Positions 41,706-51,188 of a stretch of DNA of 64,000 nucleotides are shown here, piece after piece. The translations under genes were made by a program, and so were the position numbers. How positions within the stretch are numbered: position 1 is the stretch's first letter; each line of letters begins with the position of its first letter. The stretch comes from an uncultured Hyphomicrobiaceae bacterium. Lineage in GTDB: Bacteria; Pseudomonadota; Alphaproteobacteria; Rhizobiales; CAYWUX01. The notes under the pieces were generated by a model that did not search any database, was not told the origin of the DNA, and saw only the letters and a program-made list of their open reading frames with translations. The stretch spans positions 4,889 through 68,888 of the forward strand of contig CAYWUX010000001.1 of NCBI GenBank assembly GCA_964461525.1, in the 5' to 3' direction.

Positions 41706-41709
41706 TAAT

Positions 41710-42624
41710 TCATTTGCGGTACAGCGCAGGTTCCAGCAAAGCGTAGCTCAGCAACTTGTAGGCGAGTCTGGCCGCTACAAAATCCGAAGCGTGCATCCCT
41801 TTTATTGGTGCGAGTTCGACGATATCGCCTCCAACGATACTGGCCTGATTGCCAATCGCTCTTAAAATTTCGAGCACTTCCGCAAAAAAAAGGCCACCGG
41901 GTTCAGGTGTTCCTGTTGCTGGCATAAGACTGGCATCAAAACAATCCACATCAAAAGTGATGTAGACAGGCTTTCCCGCTAATGAATCAACGAGCCGATC
42001 CACATCCCAGCACCTGGATTCCCTGGCCCAAAATACGTCAATACGATCGCGATTACGTTCCAGGAATGGTATTTCAGAAGCCGAGATACTGCGTATGCCG
42101 ATTGACACCAAACTCAGCTGTGAATGATCCAGAACCCGGCGCATCGCCGAAGCATGAGAAAAATGATGACCTTGATAGCCGTTCCTTAAATCTGCATGCG
42201 CATCAAACTGAACAACAACAAGGTCACTATATTTTTCGGCGAATGGTCGCACGGCGCCGGCGGTCAAGGAATGCTCCCCGCCAAGAGTGAGCGGAAACAA
42301 ATTTCCGTCCAGAGACATTTTTATGATTGCTGCCAGTTGTTCAAGCGCAGGCTCGAGATTTGACCTCGGCCGCACCGGTTCAAGCGTAGCGACACCGAAA
42401 TGTTGAACAGGTTCGCACCAAAACTCATCATCAAAAAGCTCGACTTCATGGCTGGCTGCAATTAATGCTTCCGGCCCTTTCGCGGTTCCGGTTCCGTAGC
42501 TGACACTTTTTTCTAGACCAAACGGAATTATGACCGCCGATCGATTGGAGCGGCTTGATTCAAATTCGCTCCCCAGGCCAAGAAATCCCTGCCCGGACCT
42601 CATAAATATTAACTGGTCGGCCAC
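41710..42624 (-). CDS. speB: arginase-family ureohydrolase, agmatinase-like
   Basis: 304 aa with the Mn-site blocks LGGEHSLT, QFDAHADL and ITFDVDCFD. The track start is a GTG, and an ATG at 42603 is an alternative. Substrate is inferred from context only. Confidence 0.8.
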   Translation of the reverse strand: MADQLIFMRSGQGFLGLGSEFESSRSNRSAVIIPFGLEKSVSYGTGTAKGPEALIAASHEVELFDDEFWCEPVQHFGVATLEPVRPRSNLEPALEQLAAIIKMSLDGNLFPLTLGGEHSLTAGAVRPFAEKYSDLVVVQFDAHADLRNGYQGHHFSHASAMRRVLDHSQLSLVSIGIRSISASEIPFLERNRDRIDVFWARESRCWDVDRLVDSLAGKPVYITFDVDCFDASLMPATGTPEPGGLFFAEVLEILRAIGNQASIVGGDIVELAPIKGMHASDFVAARLAYKLLSYALLEPALYRK

Positions 42625-42658
42625 CGTCGTCGATACACCTCATGCTCTGGGATAGGAG

Positions 42659-43690
42659 TTAACTGAACAAACGCCTGGACCATCTTCTCGCTGACCTTTG
42701 CTTCCATGCTTCCTTGTGGTAGGCGTCGCTGGCGAGAAGGGGGAGCAGACTGGTAGCTTCACCGAAAACCATTTGTTCGTAAACATTGTCAACCTTGCCC
42801 CAGGAATTTGCTTCCCTTAGTGTTGAGCTTGAACAAGCCCCGTCCCGAACGTCTGCAACAGTGATTTGCACAGCATATTTATGCATATTCACACTGGATC
42901 CCAACAGCTCTGCGGCTATGACAGTATCCTGGGCGAAGTTTTTTGGTACCCCGCCGCCTATGATCAGCAGCCCTGTCGTACCGGCGTGAATTTTTATTTC
43001 CGTTAATTCCCGGAAATCGGCAACTGAGTCAATTGCAATATGGCTGTTCTTATTCCGATGCTGGTGCATCACAAGACCGAAGCCCGCACTGGAATCCGTA
43101 AAAGCAGGACAGAAGATAGGAACATCCTTGTCATAAGCAGTCTCTATTAACGAACCCGGTTTTTTTGAATTATTTTTCAACCATTTTCCCATCTCCAGGA
43201 TGAATTCCCTGGAGGAATAGGCGCGCGCTTCCAAACCATCAGCTATACTTCCTATGGTGCGATCGCAGATTTTTAACTCGTCTTCGTCAATAAGGGTATC
43301 ATAAATCCGGTCAATGCCCAGATCGCGCAATTCAGAATCGTCAACCTGGGTTGAGCCCTGATAGTGTCTGAAGCCAAGAGCTTCGAAAAAGTCCATATCG
43401 ACAATACTAGCCCCCGTTGCAACGATCACATCGACCATATGGCTAGCCACAAGATCACTATAGATCTGCATACAACCACCAGCTGACGTCGAACCGGCGA
43501 GTGTCAATATGACAGTACAATCGGGATCTTCGACCATCTTGGAGAAGATATCAGCTGAACGTGCCAGATCGCGGGAAGTAAAGGACATTCCCGACATTGC
43601 GGAAATTATTTCCCTGGCGTCGAATGACTTGATATCGACATGTTCAACGGTTGTGGATAACAGCTCTTTCTTGCGGTCAGAAGAATTCAT
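42659..43690 (-). CDS. deoxyhypusine synthase family protein (DHS-like; possible homospermidine synthase)
   Basis: About 343 aa from the ATG at 43690, which has an AGGAAAG Shine-Dalgarno. DHS-type blocks are present: LAGSTSAGG, VIVATGASIVDMDF and IIGGGVPKNFAQD. Confidence 0.8.
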   Translation of the reverse strand: MNSSDRKKELLSTTVEHVDIKSFDAREIISAMSGMSFTSRDLARSADIFSKMVEDPDCTVILTLAGSTSAGGCMQIYSDLVASHMVDVIVATGASIVDMDFFEALGFRHYQGSTQVDDSELRDLGIDRIYDTLIDEDELKICDRTIGSIADGLEARAYSSREFILEMGKWLKNNSKKPGSLIETAYDKDVPIFCPAFTDSSAGFGLVMHQHRNKNSHIAIDSVADFRELTEIKIHAGTTGLLIIGGGVPKNFAQDTVIAAELLGSSVNMHKYAVQITVADVRDGACSSSTLREANSWGKVDNVYEQMVFGEATSLLPLLASDAYHKEAWKQRSARRWSRRLFS

Positions 43691-43704
43691 CACAACTTTC
43701 CTGA

Positions 43705-44982
43705 TCAAAAAGTTTGATGCGGCAGCGCCGCGTCTCCTTTCCGGCATTCAGCCCTCGAACTCACAAGGATTCCGGATGCGGTCGGCAGGGTTCGCCGTGC
43801 TGAGCGATCCTCGGTCCGGTATTCTGTCTCGTACATCGTCATCATAGGTCTATCCATAACAATCGCCTCTTCATAACGCCCTCCTCCATTGAATTGGGAT
43901 GCGAGGACCCGTCCGTAGGCTCCTAACTGTCCGATCTCTAGATAGTCGCCTTCGCTGACGCAGTCGGGCAATAAAAATGGTCCCGGCATAAAATCCGCAC
44001 TGTCACATGTCGGTCCGTAAAAGGCAAATTCATCCAACTTGCCCAACTCCCTAACCGGGTTGGCAATAAGCCTGACGGGATACCTGAATCCGCAATGCCC
44101 GGCATCATAAAGTGACCCAAACGCACCGTCATTAATATAAAGGTCCGAGCCGCGACGTGCCAACACGCGCACCAGCAATGATCCCGACTCGGCGACAAGA
44201 GCCCGTCCCGGTTCGCACAATAGGCGGCAGTTTCTTACCCATTCCAGCTCGTTGATACAATAATTGATGATTTCCATATAACGCTCCAAAGGCGGTGGTT
44301 GCATATCCTGATAAACGGAAGGAAAACCTCCTCCCAGATCAAGCCTATCAATTTGGACTCCCGACTGTTCCACCACCAAGGTAGCATCCAGCATGGCCTG
44401 TACAAACTGCTCAGGTTCCATTAGCTGAGACCCCACATGAAATGTTATACCCAGAACACGACAATTGGCGCGAGTTGCTGACAAAAGGTCGTTGGTTTCC
44501 TCCAGTTTTACTCCGAACTTGTTTCCAAGTGAAATCTGGCTGCCTTTTCCCGTCATGGGCAATCTGACAGAAAGTTCGAGGTCCCCTACCGGACCCAGCA
44601 CTTCACAAATCTTGTTTAACTCACTGAAACTATCCAGTGCAAAGTGCCGGACGCCATACATATGATAGGCCCGGCTGATTGTTTCCCGGGATTTGATGGG
44701 ATGCATCAGGTGGCATTGAACAGATTTATAAGTGTTAAGCTGCTCTAACTCAGGAAGACAGGAAACATCGAAATCGGTAATGCCGGTTGCCACGAGCGTG
44801 TCAATGATGGATTTAGTGTTATTGGCTTTAAGAGCGTACAATACCTTACCCGGAAAATTCTCAACAAACCATTTCCCAGCCCGCCGGGCGGCTTCTGGTC
44901 TGTGGAGCTGAACCGGGTTTATAGGATTATTTATTTGAACATATGCTGAGGCGGAAGGGTAAGATTGCATTTGGTAATCCAT
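43705..44982 (-). CDS. fold-type III PLP-dependent decarboxylase (ornithine/arginine/lysine decarboxylase family)
   Basis: 425 aa with the YALKAN PLP-lysine, HVGSQ, GGGFP, CEPGR and GPTCDSAD. Confidence 0.88.
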   Translation of the reverse strand: MDYQMQSYPSASAYVQINNPINPVQLHRPEAARRAGKWFVENFPGKVLYALKANNTKSIIDTLVATGITDFDVSCLPELEQLNTYKSVQCHLMHPIKSRETISRAYHMYGVRHFALDSFSELNKICEVLGPVGDLELSVRLPMTGKGSQISLGNKFGVKLEETNDLLSATRANCRVLGITFHVGSQLMEPEQFVQAMLDATLVVEQSGVQIDRLDLGGGFPSVYQDMQPPPLERYMEIINYCINELEWVRNCRLLCEPGRALVAESGSLLVRVLARRGSDLYINDGAFGSLYDAGHCGFRYPVRLIANPVRELGKLDEFAFYGPTCDSADFMPGPFLLPDCVSEGDYLEIGQLGAYGRVLASQFNGGGRYEEAIVMDRPMMTMYETEYRTEDRSARRTLPTASGILVSSRAECRKGDAALPHQTF

Positions 44983-45348
44983 CCATCATCGGGCCCGGCT
45001 TTTGAACTTGAAAATGCCAAATGCCAATTTTGAAGTGGCGCTCAATTATTCTGATTTGGTTATGCTGTAAAGTCTTTTCTTCGTATTAGCGACATTAAAC
45101 TTTGGATCTAATTCGCATTTTCCTTCTACATTAACTATTATTGCCTTCATTTCAGGAGTAATTCAGTCGGCTAAAACATCCGACCAAAACAATCTGAAGC
45201 CGCGTTCCGATCCACGCAAATTGCGTAATTCGGACGTCGGTCGACAGATCTGGCAACCATAAAAATCAACCGTCAATGGATGATAGTTGTAATGAGAATC
45301 CTGGAACAGACTCCAGGCCGAATCATTCGGACAACATTTCAACAACCG

Positions 45349-46376
45349 CTACTGTTTTACATGGCCTACGCGACCCACACAGGGGAATCGTCCTTCAACA
45401 GGAAATTTAGGATCTGTGAAACCGGGAGTAGAACAATGACCTGGCGCAACCATTTGATCGGCAAATTGCTCATCCTGCTCGCTCCACTGATAGCTCTGCG
45501 CCGCCATATAGTCCAGCCATTGCTCAAAGGTTCTGGGACCCGCGAGAACGGAAGAGACGGATCCGTTATTCAGCACCCAGGCAAACGCAAAGTGCGAAGG
45601 CAGCGCACCGCGCTTGGATGTATAGTTTTTTAAGCGCTCTGCGATCTCAAAACTTTCCGCCCGCCATTCCGCATCCAGCAAGCGCCCGTCCTTTCGCGCT
45701 GCACGACTATTCTCGGGAGTCTGACCTCCGCTATACTTTCCTGTCAGGACTCCTCTCGCGACAGGACTGTAAGGGACAACACCAATACCAAAATTCCTGC
45801 AGGCCGGAAGTACCTCAACTTCGGGCTGACGGTTCACCAGATTGTAACAGGGCTGACAGGCCGCTGGCGGCAACACCCCCAGTTTCTCACATAACAGGAC
45901 AACCATGGAGATCTGCCAGGCAGGAAGATTGGAAATTCCAAAAGAACGAATTTTTCCTTCATCCATCAGTTCTCCCATTGCTGTTATGGTCTCTTCCCAC
46001 GGAACGTCATTATCCGTTCGATGAGTATAATAGATATCAATATAGTCCGTGCGCAATCGCTTCAGACTATCGTCGACGGCATGTCGTATCTGAACACGGG
46101 AAAGGCCGCCTGGCTCATCGCGGTCCGGCGGTTTCATACCGACCTTAGTTGCCAGCACCCAATCTCCACGACGATTGGCAATGGCGCGTCCAACTACTGA
46201 TTCGGATTTTCCCTGTTGATAAACGTTGGCGGTATCAATGAAATTAACACCGTTCTCAGCCGCATCCGCAATTATGCGGGAGCCTCGTCATTTTGAGTCG
46301 GCCCCCCAAACATCATCGTCCCAAGACAAATCTCGGAAACCTTGATACCACTTTTACCAAGCATCCTGTATTTCAT
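45349..46376 (-). pseudogene. aldo/keto reductase interrupted by a frameshift
   Basis: The ATG at 46376 gives [34 protein letters not shown], with its stop at 46272-46274. The AKR sequence continues in another frame ([50 protein letters not shown]...) to 45349. That second frame only opens after a TGA at 46288-46290, so a 1-nt indel must lie within 46275-46287. Confidence 0.8.
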
Positions 46377-46385
46377 AACACAATC

Positions 46386-47354
46386 CTAGCGGGCTATCAT
46401 CACCGAGTTGTGGGCGTGCTGTAGTACTTTGTAGGCAACACCGGTAGTGAAAAACCGACGCCATCCAACTGCCCTTGTAGAAGGGGAAAGAACAATAACC
46501 GAATAACTTTTTCCCTCTTCAATTATACTTTCAACCGGATCACCTATTACGACCTTCTCGCCGGAAACGCTAATGCCGGATTTTTCCATCTCTACTTTTG
46601 CTTTCGTGATGGCGCGTTCGGCGTTTTCAACTTCCGTTTCATCCAAAGCTACCGAAAACAAATAGACTGGACAAGCACAACGGCCTGCGATCTCCGCATC
46701 CCGGCGAGCAGCCTGAATTGATACATCATTATCAATGACACAGACAAGATGACCATGACTTTGTTCAAGTTCGCGGGCCACCAGAACGGTGCCCTCATAC
46801 TCCGTAGCGACGATTTCAGCGACGTTTGGCTCGATAAAGCCAAGTCCGCTTCTTTCAGTTCTGGCATCGGACTTTGGTATGATAGTTATGTCATAATTTC
46901 CCTGTTCACATTCGTCCAGAATGCCGCGCACAACGGAAGATGAAACCATAAGTTTAAGGCAGATGGACCGACCTTCCTCACTATGATAGATAATTGAGTT
47001 ATCACCGAGAGGATCACCGCGAACGTCGGTGTGGACGAATTCCTCGTCCCAGCCCTCGGCAAGAAATTCCGAGTCAATAAGGACGTCTCTGCTTTTCTTG
47101 AGAATATTCATTCCCGGCAAATCAAGACCCCAGTCCAGCAAGTTCTCCCTGGCCACACTTATCTGCAACCCACCTGTACGCATACCCTGGTCAATCGGCC
47201 GGACATAAAGCAGCGTAAGATCCGCATCAGTTCCCGACCCGATGCGTACGGCATATCTTAAGGCACGATTGGACTCATCTGAGCCATCGACGCAGACAAG
47301 AATTCTAAACAGGTGATCATTGATTTCGGTCATAATGGGCCAATCTATACTCAA
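46386..47354 (-). CDS. tandem universal stress protein (UspA family, two domains)
   Basis: FRILVCVDGSDESNRALRYAV is present and a second Usp-like half follows. The likely ATG is at 47333, since the track start at 47354 is a TTG that overlaps the upstream stop. Confidence 0.8.
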   Translation of the reverse strand: MSIDWPIMTEINDHLFRILVCVDGSDESNRALRYAVRIGSGTDADLTLLYVRPIDQGMRTGGLQISVARENLLDWGLDLPGMNILKKSRDVLIDSEFLAEGWDEEFVHTDVRGDPLGDNSIIYHSEEGRSICLKLMVSSSVVRGILDECEQGNYDITIIPKSDARTERSGLGFIEPNVAEIVATEYEGTVLVARELEQSHGHLVCVIDNDVSIQAARRDAEIAGRCACPVYLFSVALDETEVENAERAITKAKVEMEKSGISVSGEKVVIGDPVESIIEEGKSYSVIVLSPSTRAVGWRRFFTTGVAYKVLQHAHNSVMIAR

Positions 47355-48967
47355 AGACCGACAAGTGGCCAGTAAAGTGCCGCAGCCAGCAGTAAAACAA
47401 TAGTAGACATTATCACCATACGGTAACCGACAACCAAAAAATCGGTGGCTTTCAGAAATCCCGAAGAATAAACGATGGTACAGGCCGGCGTGCCTATCAC
47501 TGTCAAATATGCAAACGAAGAAGAAATTGCAGTTACGAATCCGAAAAGCAGTGGACTTTCACCGGCCGCAACTGCCATTTTCAAGGTAATTGGTCCAAGA
47601 ACGGCGACTGCCGCCCCATTTGACATTGTGTTGGTGACGCCGGTCGTGAGAACTGAAACCGCAGCCACTAGACCAATCCCGGAATCTATTCCTAACGGTC
47701 TGAGGATCTTGAGAAATGTCGTTGCGACCCATATCGCTGCACCGGTATCCTTCATCTCGATACCCAAAGATATGGCGGCTGCATAGAGGAGTACGACCCC
47801 CCAGTTGACGCCAACGTTGATATCTTCCCAACGCACCAAACCTAAAACCAGAAATGCCGCGGCACCAACAATCGCGACCGTTCCCAAGCCTATTGTGTCG
47901 GACCACATTATCCAGCCCACCAAAATGCAGAAGAACACGCCAATGGCGACCCAGTCCGCCATTTTCATCGGCCCCTCTTTTTCAATCTGCCTGCGGAGTT
48001 TTACAACGGCGCGCGAAATATTTTTATATTCCGGCCTAAAAGTCATAAACAAAATTGCAGTCACAATTGGCAATTGAATAAGAAAAACGGGATAGCTGTA
48101 GACTATCCATGTCACATAATCCACTAGATATTTGTAGGTTTCCGGATCGGAAGGATTGTAGAAAAATTCCTTCCAATAACCGATCATGATGGCATTCCGG
48201 GCTCCTCCCGATGGAGTGCCTATACCAGCTATCGAACATCCATAGGAAATCGAAAACAGCAGAACTGCCGCCAGCTTGCGAACCTCCCGAGGATTATCCG
48301 AGGTTAGTGTAATAAGGGTAATCGCAACGGGCAGCATCATTGCTGCAACCGTATGCTCACCTATGAACGATGCTAGAATGCCACAAACAAATGAAATCCC
48401 TATGCAAACATTTGAGGTTTTGGTGCCGGTCACGCGGACAATCAAATAGGCGATACGCTTGTCAAGTTTCTGTTTGACGAGGGCAACCGCCAACATCAGC
48501 GACCCCATTATGAACAGAACTGAATCACTCATCAGACTTCGTGCGACCCTGCTTGAATCGAGGCCCAACAGGAAAACCTGTCCAATAATGATGAGAAGAG
48601 CAACTGTCGGCAAAGGGACGGGTTCTGTAATAAATAAGATGATTGCCGTCACGGACATGGCCAGAACGATAAGGCCATCCTTACTGAGAGATTCCGGTGG
48701 CGGCAGACTGATTATGATCAGTCCAACAGCAAGCGCTATAAAAAACCATCGTTTTTCCCGCAGAAAATCAGCAAACCCTCTAAGTGCCGGCGCTCTGTTC
48801 AGGGTATGGCGCGTAATCCCGTAAGTTACCCGGCGGACATGTCCAATTCCGGATAAATTTGGAAGATAGCGATTGGCCATAGAATTAAATACCTGATTCC
48901 ATACAGTCTGATATGCGAACGAAGTCATTTCTGAATAGAAATCGGATTTGGTCCCCGCCTGGACCAA
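47351..48967 (-). CDS. SLC13/DASS-type anion:sodium symporter (ArsB/NhaD permease superfamily)
   Basis: Up to 538 aa and polytopic. Duplicated hairpin motifs SIAGIGTPSGGARN and LTVIGTPACT are present. The start is uncertain, with ATGs at 48928 or 48880 more likely than the TTG at 48967. Confidence 0.72.
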   Translation of the reverse strand: MVQAGTKSDFYSEMTSFAYQTVWNQVFNSMANRYLPNLSGIGHVRRVTYGITRHTLNRAPALRGFADFLREKRWFFIALAVGLIIISLPPPESLSKDGLIVLAMSVTAIILFITEPVPLPTVALLIIIGQVFLLGLDSSRVARSLMSDSVLFIMGSLMLAVALVKQKLDKRIAYLIVRVTGTKTSNVCIGISFVCGILASFIGEHTVAAMMLPVAITLITLTSDNPREVRKLAAVLLFSISYGCSIAGIGTPSGGARNAIMIGYWKEFFYNPSDPETYKYLVDYVTWIVYSYPVFLIQLPIVTAILFMTFRPEYKNISRAVVKLRRQIEKEGPMKMADWVAIGVFFCILVGWIMWSDTIGLGTVAIVGAAAFLVLGLVRWEDINVGVNWGVVLLYAAAISLGIEMKDTGAAIWVATTFLKILRPLGIDSGIGLVAAVSVLTTGVTNTMSNGAAVAVLGPITLKMAVAAGESPLLFGFVTAISSSFAYLTVIGTPACTIVYSSGFLKATDFLVVGYRMVIMSTIVLLLAAALYWPLVGL

Positions 48968-49154
48968 ACCCGAATTATCTATTTGTCGTACACTCTTCGG
49001 TCGAAGACAGCCAAAAATAACTTGGTCAGCGGTTAAACTGCGTTGCCCTAAGGCTCCATAAAGCTGTCGTCTCCCACACTCAAGATACGTTATGTCAGTT
49101 TAACTCAAAAGCCAACCTCGGTCATATCCGACAAGTTTCCCGTCGCCCGGATCT

Positions 49155-49379
49155 TCAGCACTTCTTAAGTAAAAATCGAAATACGTTTTCACTGCTTTCG
49201 GAACTCAACAGTTGATGGCCGGTTACCCGGCAATAGTCCTCGAAATCTCCGACTGCGCCCGGATCTGTTGCCAACACTTCAACAGTGTCACCAACGGCGA
49301 GACCCTTCATGACCTTTCCGGTCTTTAAAATAGGCCACGGACACTTCAATCCTTTTAGGTCTAGCGTTACATCAGGCAT
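49155..49379 (-). CDS. TusA/SirA-like sulfurtransferase
   Basis: 74 aa with LKGLKCPWPILK, the CPxP active-site cysteine motif. Confidence 0.85.
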   Translation of the reverse strand: MPDVTLDLKGLKCPWPILKTGKVMKGLAVGDTVEVLATDPGAVGDFEDYCRVTGHQLLSSESSENVFRFLLKKC

Positions 49380-49466
49380 CCAAAAATTTGCCTATATTGT
49401 TAGTCAAAATCGGACACTCACAGTTCCAAAATAACAAATCCGTTCACGGTTGTTGCCTCGGAACTG

Positions 49467-51152
49467 TCATTGCTCATTGCCTGTGTAAATATCCAGAACC
49501 ACCGTCTGAAATTTGTTCCCGTCAAGGGCCTGTTCCAGAACTGATCTCAAGGCTACCGCGTTTTCCGGCCGGGACATGGGAGTGAGACTGGCATGGAGTT
49601 CGGCTAATACTTCATCGGAATAGATCGCCACCAAATGCTCGGCGCCGAAGGGCGGACGGTCAACGAGAAATGAATTCCGGAATTCTTTATTTGACCAGTT
49701 GTCATTTGCCATATCTGGCCGACTTGCCGGCGGAATCAACAACTCGACTCTACCATTCGGTGGCAAATTGAATATGGTAAGATAGGGATATCGTGCCTGG
49801 GCCATTTCAACTTCTACCACTGATCCAGGTGGATAACGATGATTGCCCCTGACCAGCTTGGCGACTACCGGATCCCTCGCCATCTGAGCTTTGAGCCACA
49901 GTAGCGCATTCCACTTCGCTAATACGGGTCGAATAGTTTTCTCGCTTATATTGTCTGCAACCTTACCGCCGATTCGATGTAAAACCTCTCCACTTTTTAT
50001 ATTCCACACCAGATCAGCCTGCGATTTATCCTTGACAACGGAAATTTCCATAACATCCTGAAGGGCATCAGCTGAACCATTTTCAACAGCGACCTTGAGT
50101 TTTTGAAAACGGGCTTCTCGACGTCTGCCCATTTGCGAAGAGGAAAATTCCGACTGCCATCCTGTTTTGGAAACTTGAAACAATCCACGAGACGAGGCAC
50201 GAATGGGCAGGATCTGAGGCGTTTGCTGCCGCTCCACAAGAGCATGTACGGCGGGGACGACATATCCGAGCAGTTCAAACTGACTGACCTCACCGTCCTG
50301 ATTGCGGTCAGCTCCACCTTCAAGGGCGCGTGCGAATGCCCAGCTTAACGCCCCACGCCATTCCCCTTCAATATTGACCTCCGGTGTCAATCGGTCGTCA
50401 GAGGTTGCGGACACGAACGTAACGTTGGGTAAATCATTCACCGAAAGTTGCGCCGCTTCACGACCTGGATAACGAAAAAGATCGTTGATCAGATTTCTAA
50501 AAATTCCCTTGCGGTAACGTATCGACTGATTGTTAACCTTTCGATGCATAGTTCCTGAATGACAGCTGTCGGCCACAAAAATAACCTGAATGCCTTTGTT
50601 GTCTGCGGCCTGAAGCCAGAGAAATATCTCGTCATCAACAATTCTTTCGCGCGTGCCCTCTCCGCTTGGTTGATAGCCCGCCAGCAGGAAGTTTTCATTC
50701 AGGCCGTCTTCCTCACCATTACGTCCCGGAGGTTCCGGCTCCTGACTGCCATGGCCCGAATACGTGAGGACAATTAGGTCGCCCCGCTGCGCTTGACTGA
50801 GTAACTCCCTGTATGATGATTCAATTCTGTTTTTTGTCGCGTCACCGTTAACTAATTTTATGATTGTCACTGCCCCCGCAGATCTGAGAGCTTTCTCAAT
50901 ATCGTTCGCATCATTAACTGCGCCGGCTAGGTCATTCTGTTCACCTATATAATCATCTATGCCAATCACTAGACCGTACATATCACCCGCTTTGACCTCG
51001 AAAACACAGGCTCCAGAACTGACCAGAAAGAGGAATGTGATCACCTTCCAGGCATACATGATTTTTTTTCGGACACTGACGGTCAATTCACCCTCCCGTG
51101 TGTCCGCGATATTCATTTCCCTATTTCTCATGGCGCACCCTTTAGTTTTCAT
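49467..51152 (-). CDS. exported caspase-family protein (peptidase C14) with DUF4384-like C-terminal domain
   Basis: The His/Cys dyad context is present (LTYSGHGSQE and FVADSCHSGT), together with a Ca-loop-like ADRNQDGEVSQFEL. The C-terminal RYPPGSVVEVEMAQARYPYLTIFNLPPNGRVELLIP is typical of DUF4384. A signal or anchor helix is present (WKVITFLFLVSSGACVFEVKA). The start is probably the ATG at 51131 or 51059. Confidence 0.8.
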   Translation of the reverse strand: MKTKGCAMRNREMNIADTREGELTVSVRKKIMYAWKVITFLFLVSSGACVFEVKAGDMYGLVIGIDDYIGEQNDLAGAVNDANDIEKALRSAGAVTIIKLVNGDATKNRIESSYRELLSQAQRGDLIVLTYSGHGSQEPEPPGRNGEEDGLNENFLLAGYQPSGEGTRERIVDDEIFLWLQAADNKGIQVIFVADSCHSGTMHRKVNNQSIRYRKGIFRNLINDLFRYPGREAAQLSVNDLPNVTFVSATSDDRLTPEVNIEGEWRGALSWAFARALEGGADRNQDGEVSQFELLGYVVPAVHALVERQQTPQILPIRASSRGLFQVSKTGWQSEFSSSQMGRRREARFQKLKVAVENGSADALQDVMEISVVKDKSQADLVWNIKSGEVLHRIGGKVADNISEKTIRPVLAKWNALLWLKAQMARDPVVAKLVRGNHRYPPGSVVEVEMAQARYPYLTIFNLPPNGRVELLIPPASRPDMANDNWSNKEFRNSFLVDRPPFGAEHLVAIYSDEVLAELHASLTPMSRPENAVALRSVLEQALDGNKFQTVVLDIYTGNEQ

Positions 51153-51188
51153 TTTTCCGCCCCTCCATTTCTGGTCACCTTCACAAAA

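Noticed and set aside
45163-45345. A 60-aa ORF inside the leader of the decarboxylase operon, considered as a regulatory upstream ORF. Similar intergenic ORFs occur at 21322..21576 and 58514..58864.
   Set aside because: None has a ribosome-binding site or a recognisable motif, and their composition is odd (Cys/Trp/His-rich). They may be chance ORFs in untranslated regions, and only ribosome profiling could rescue them.
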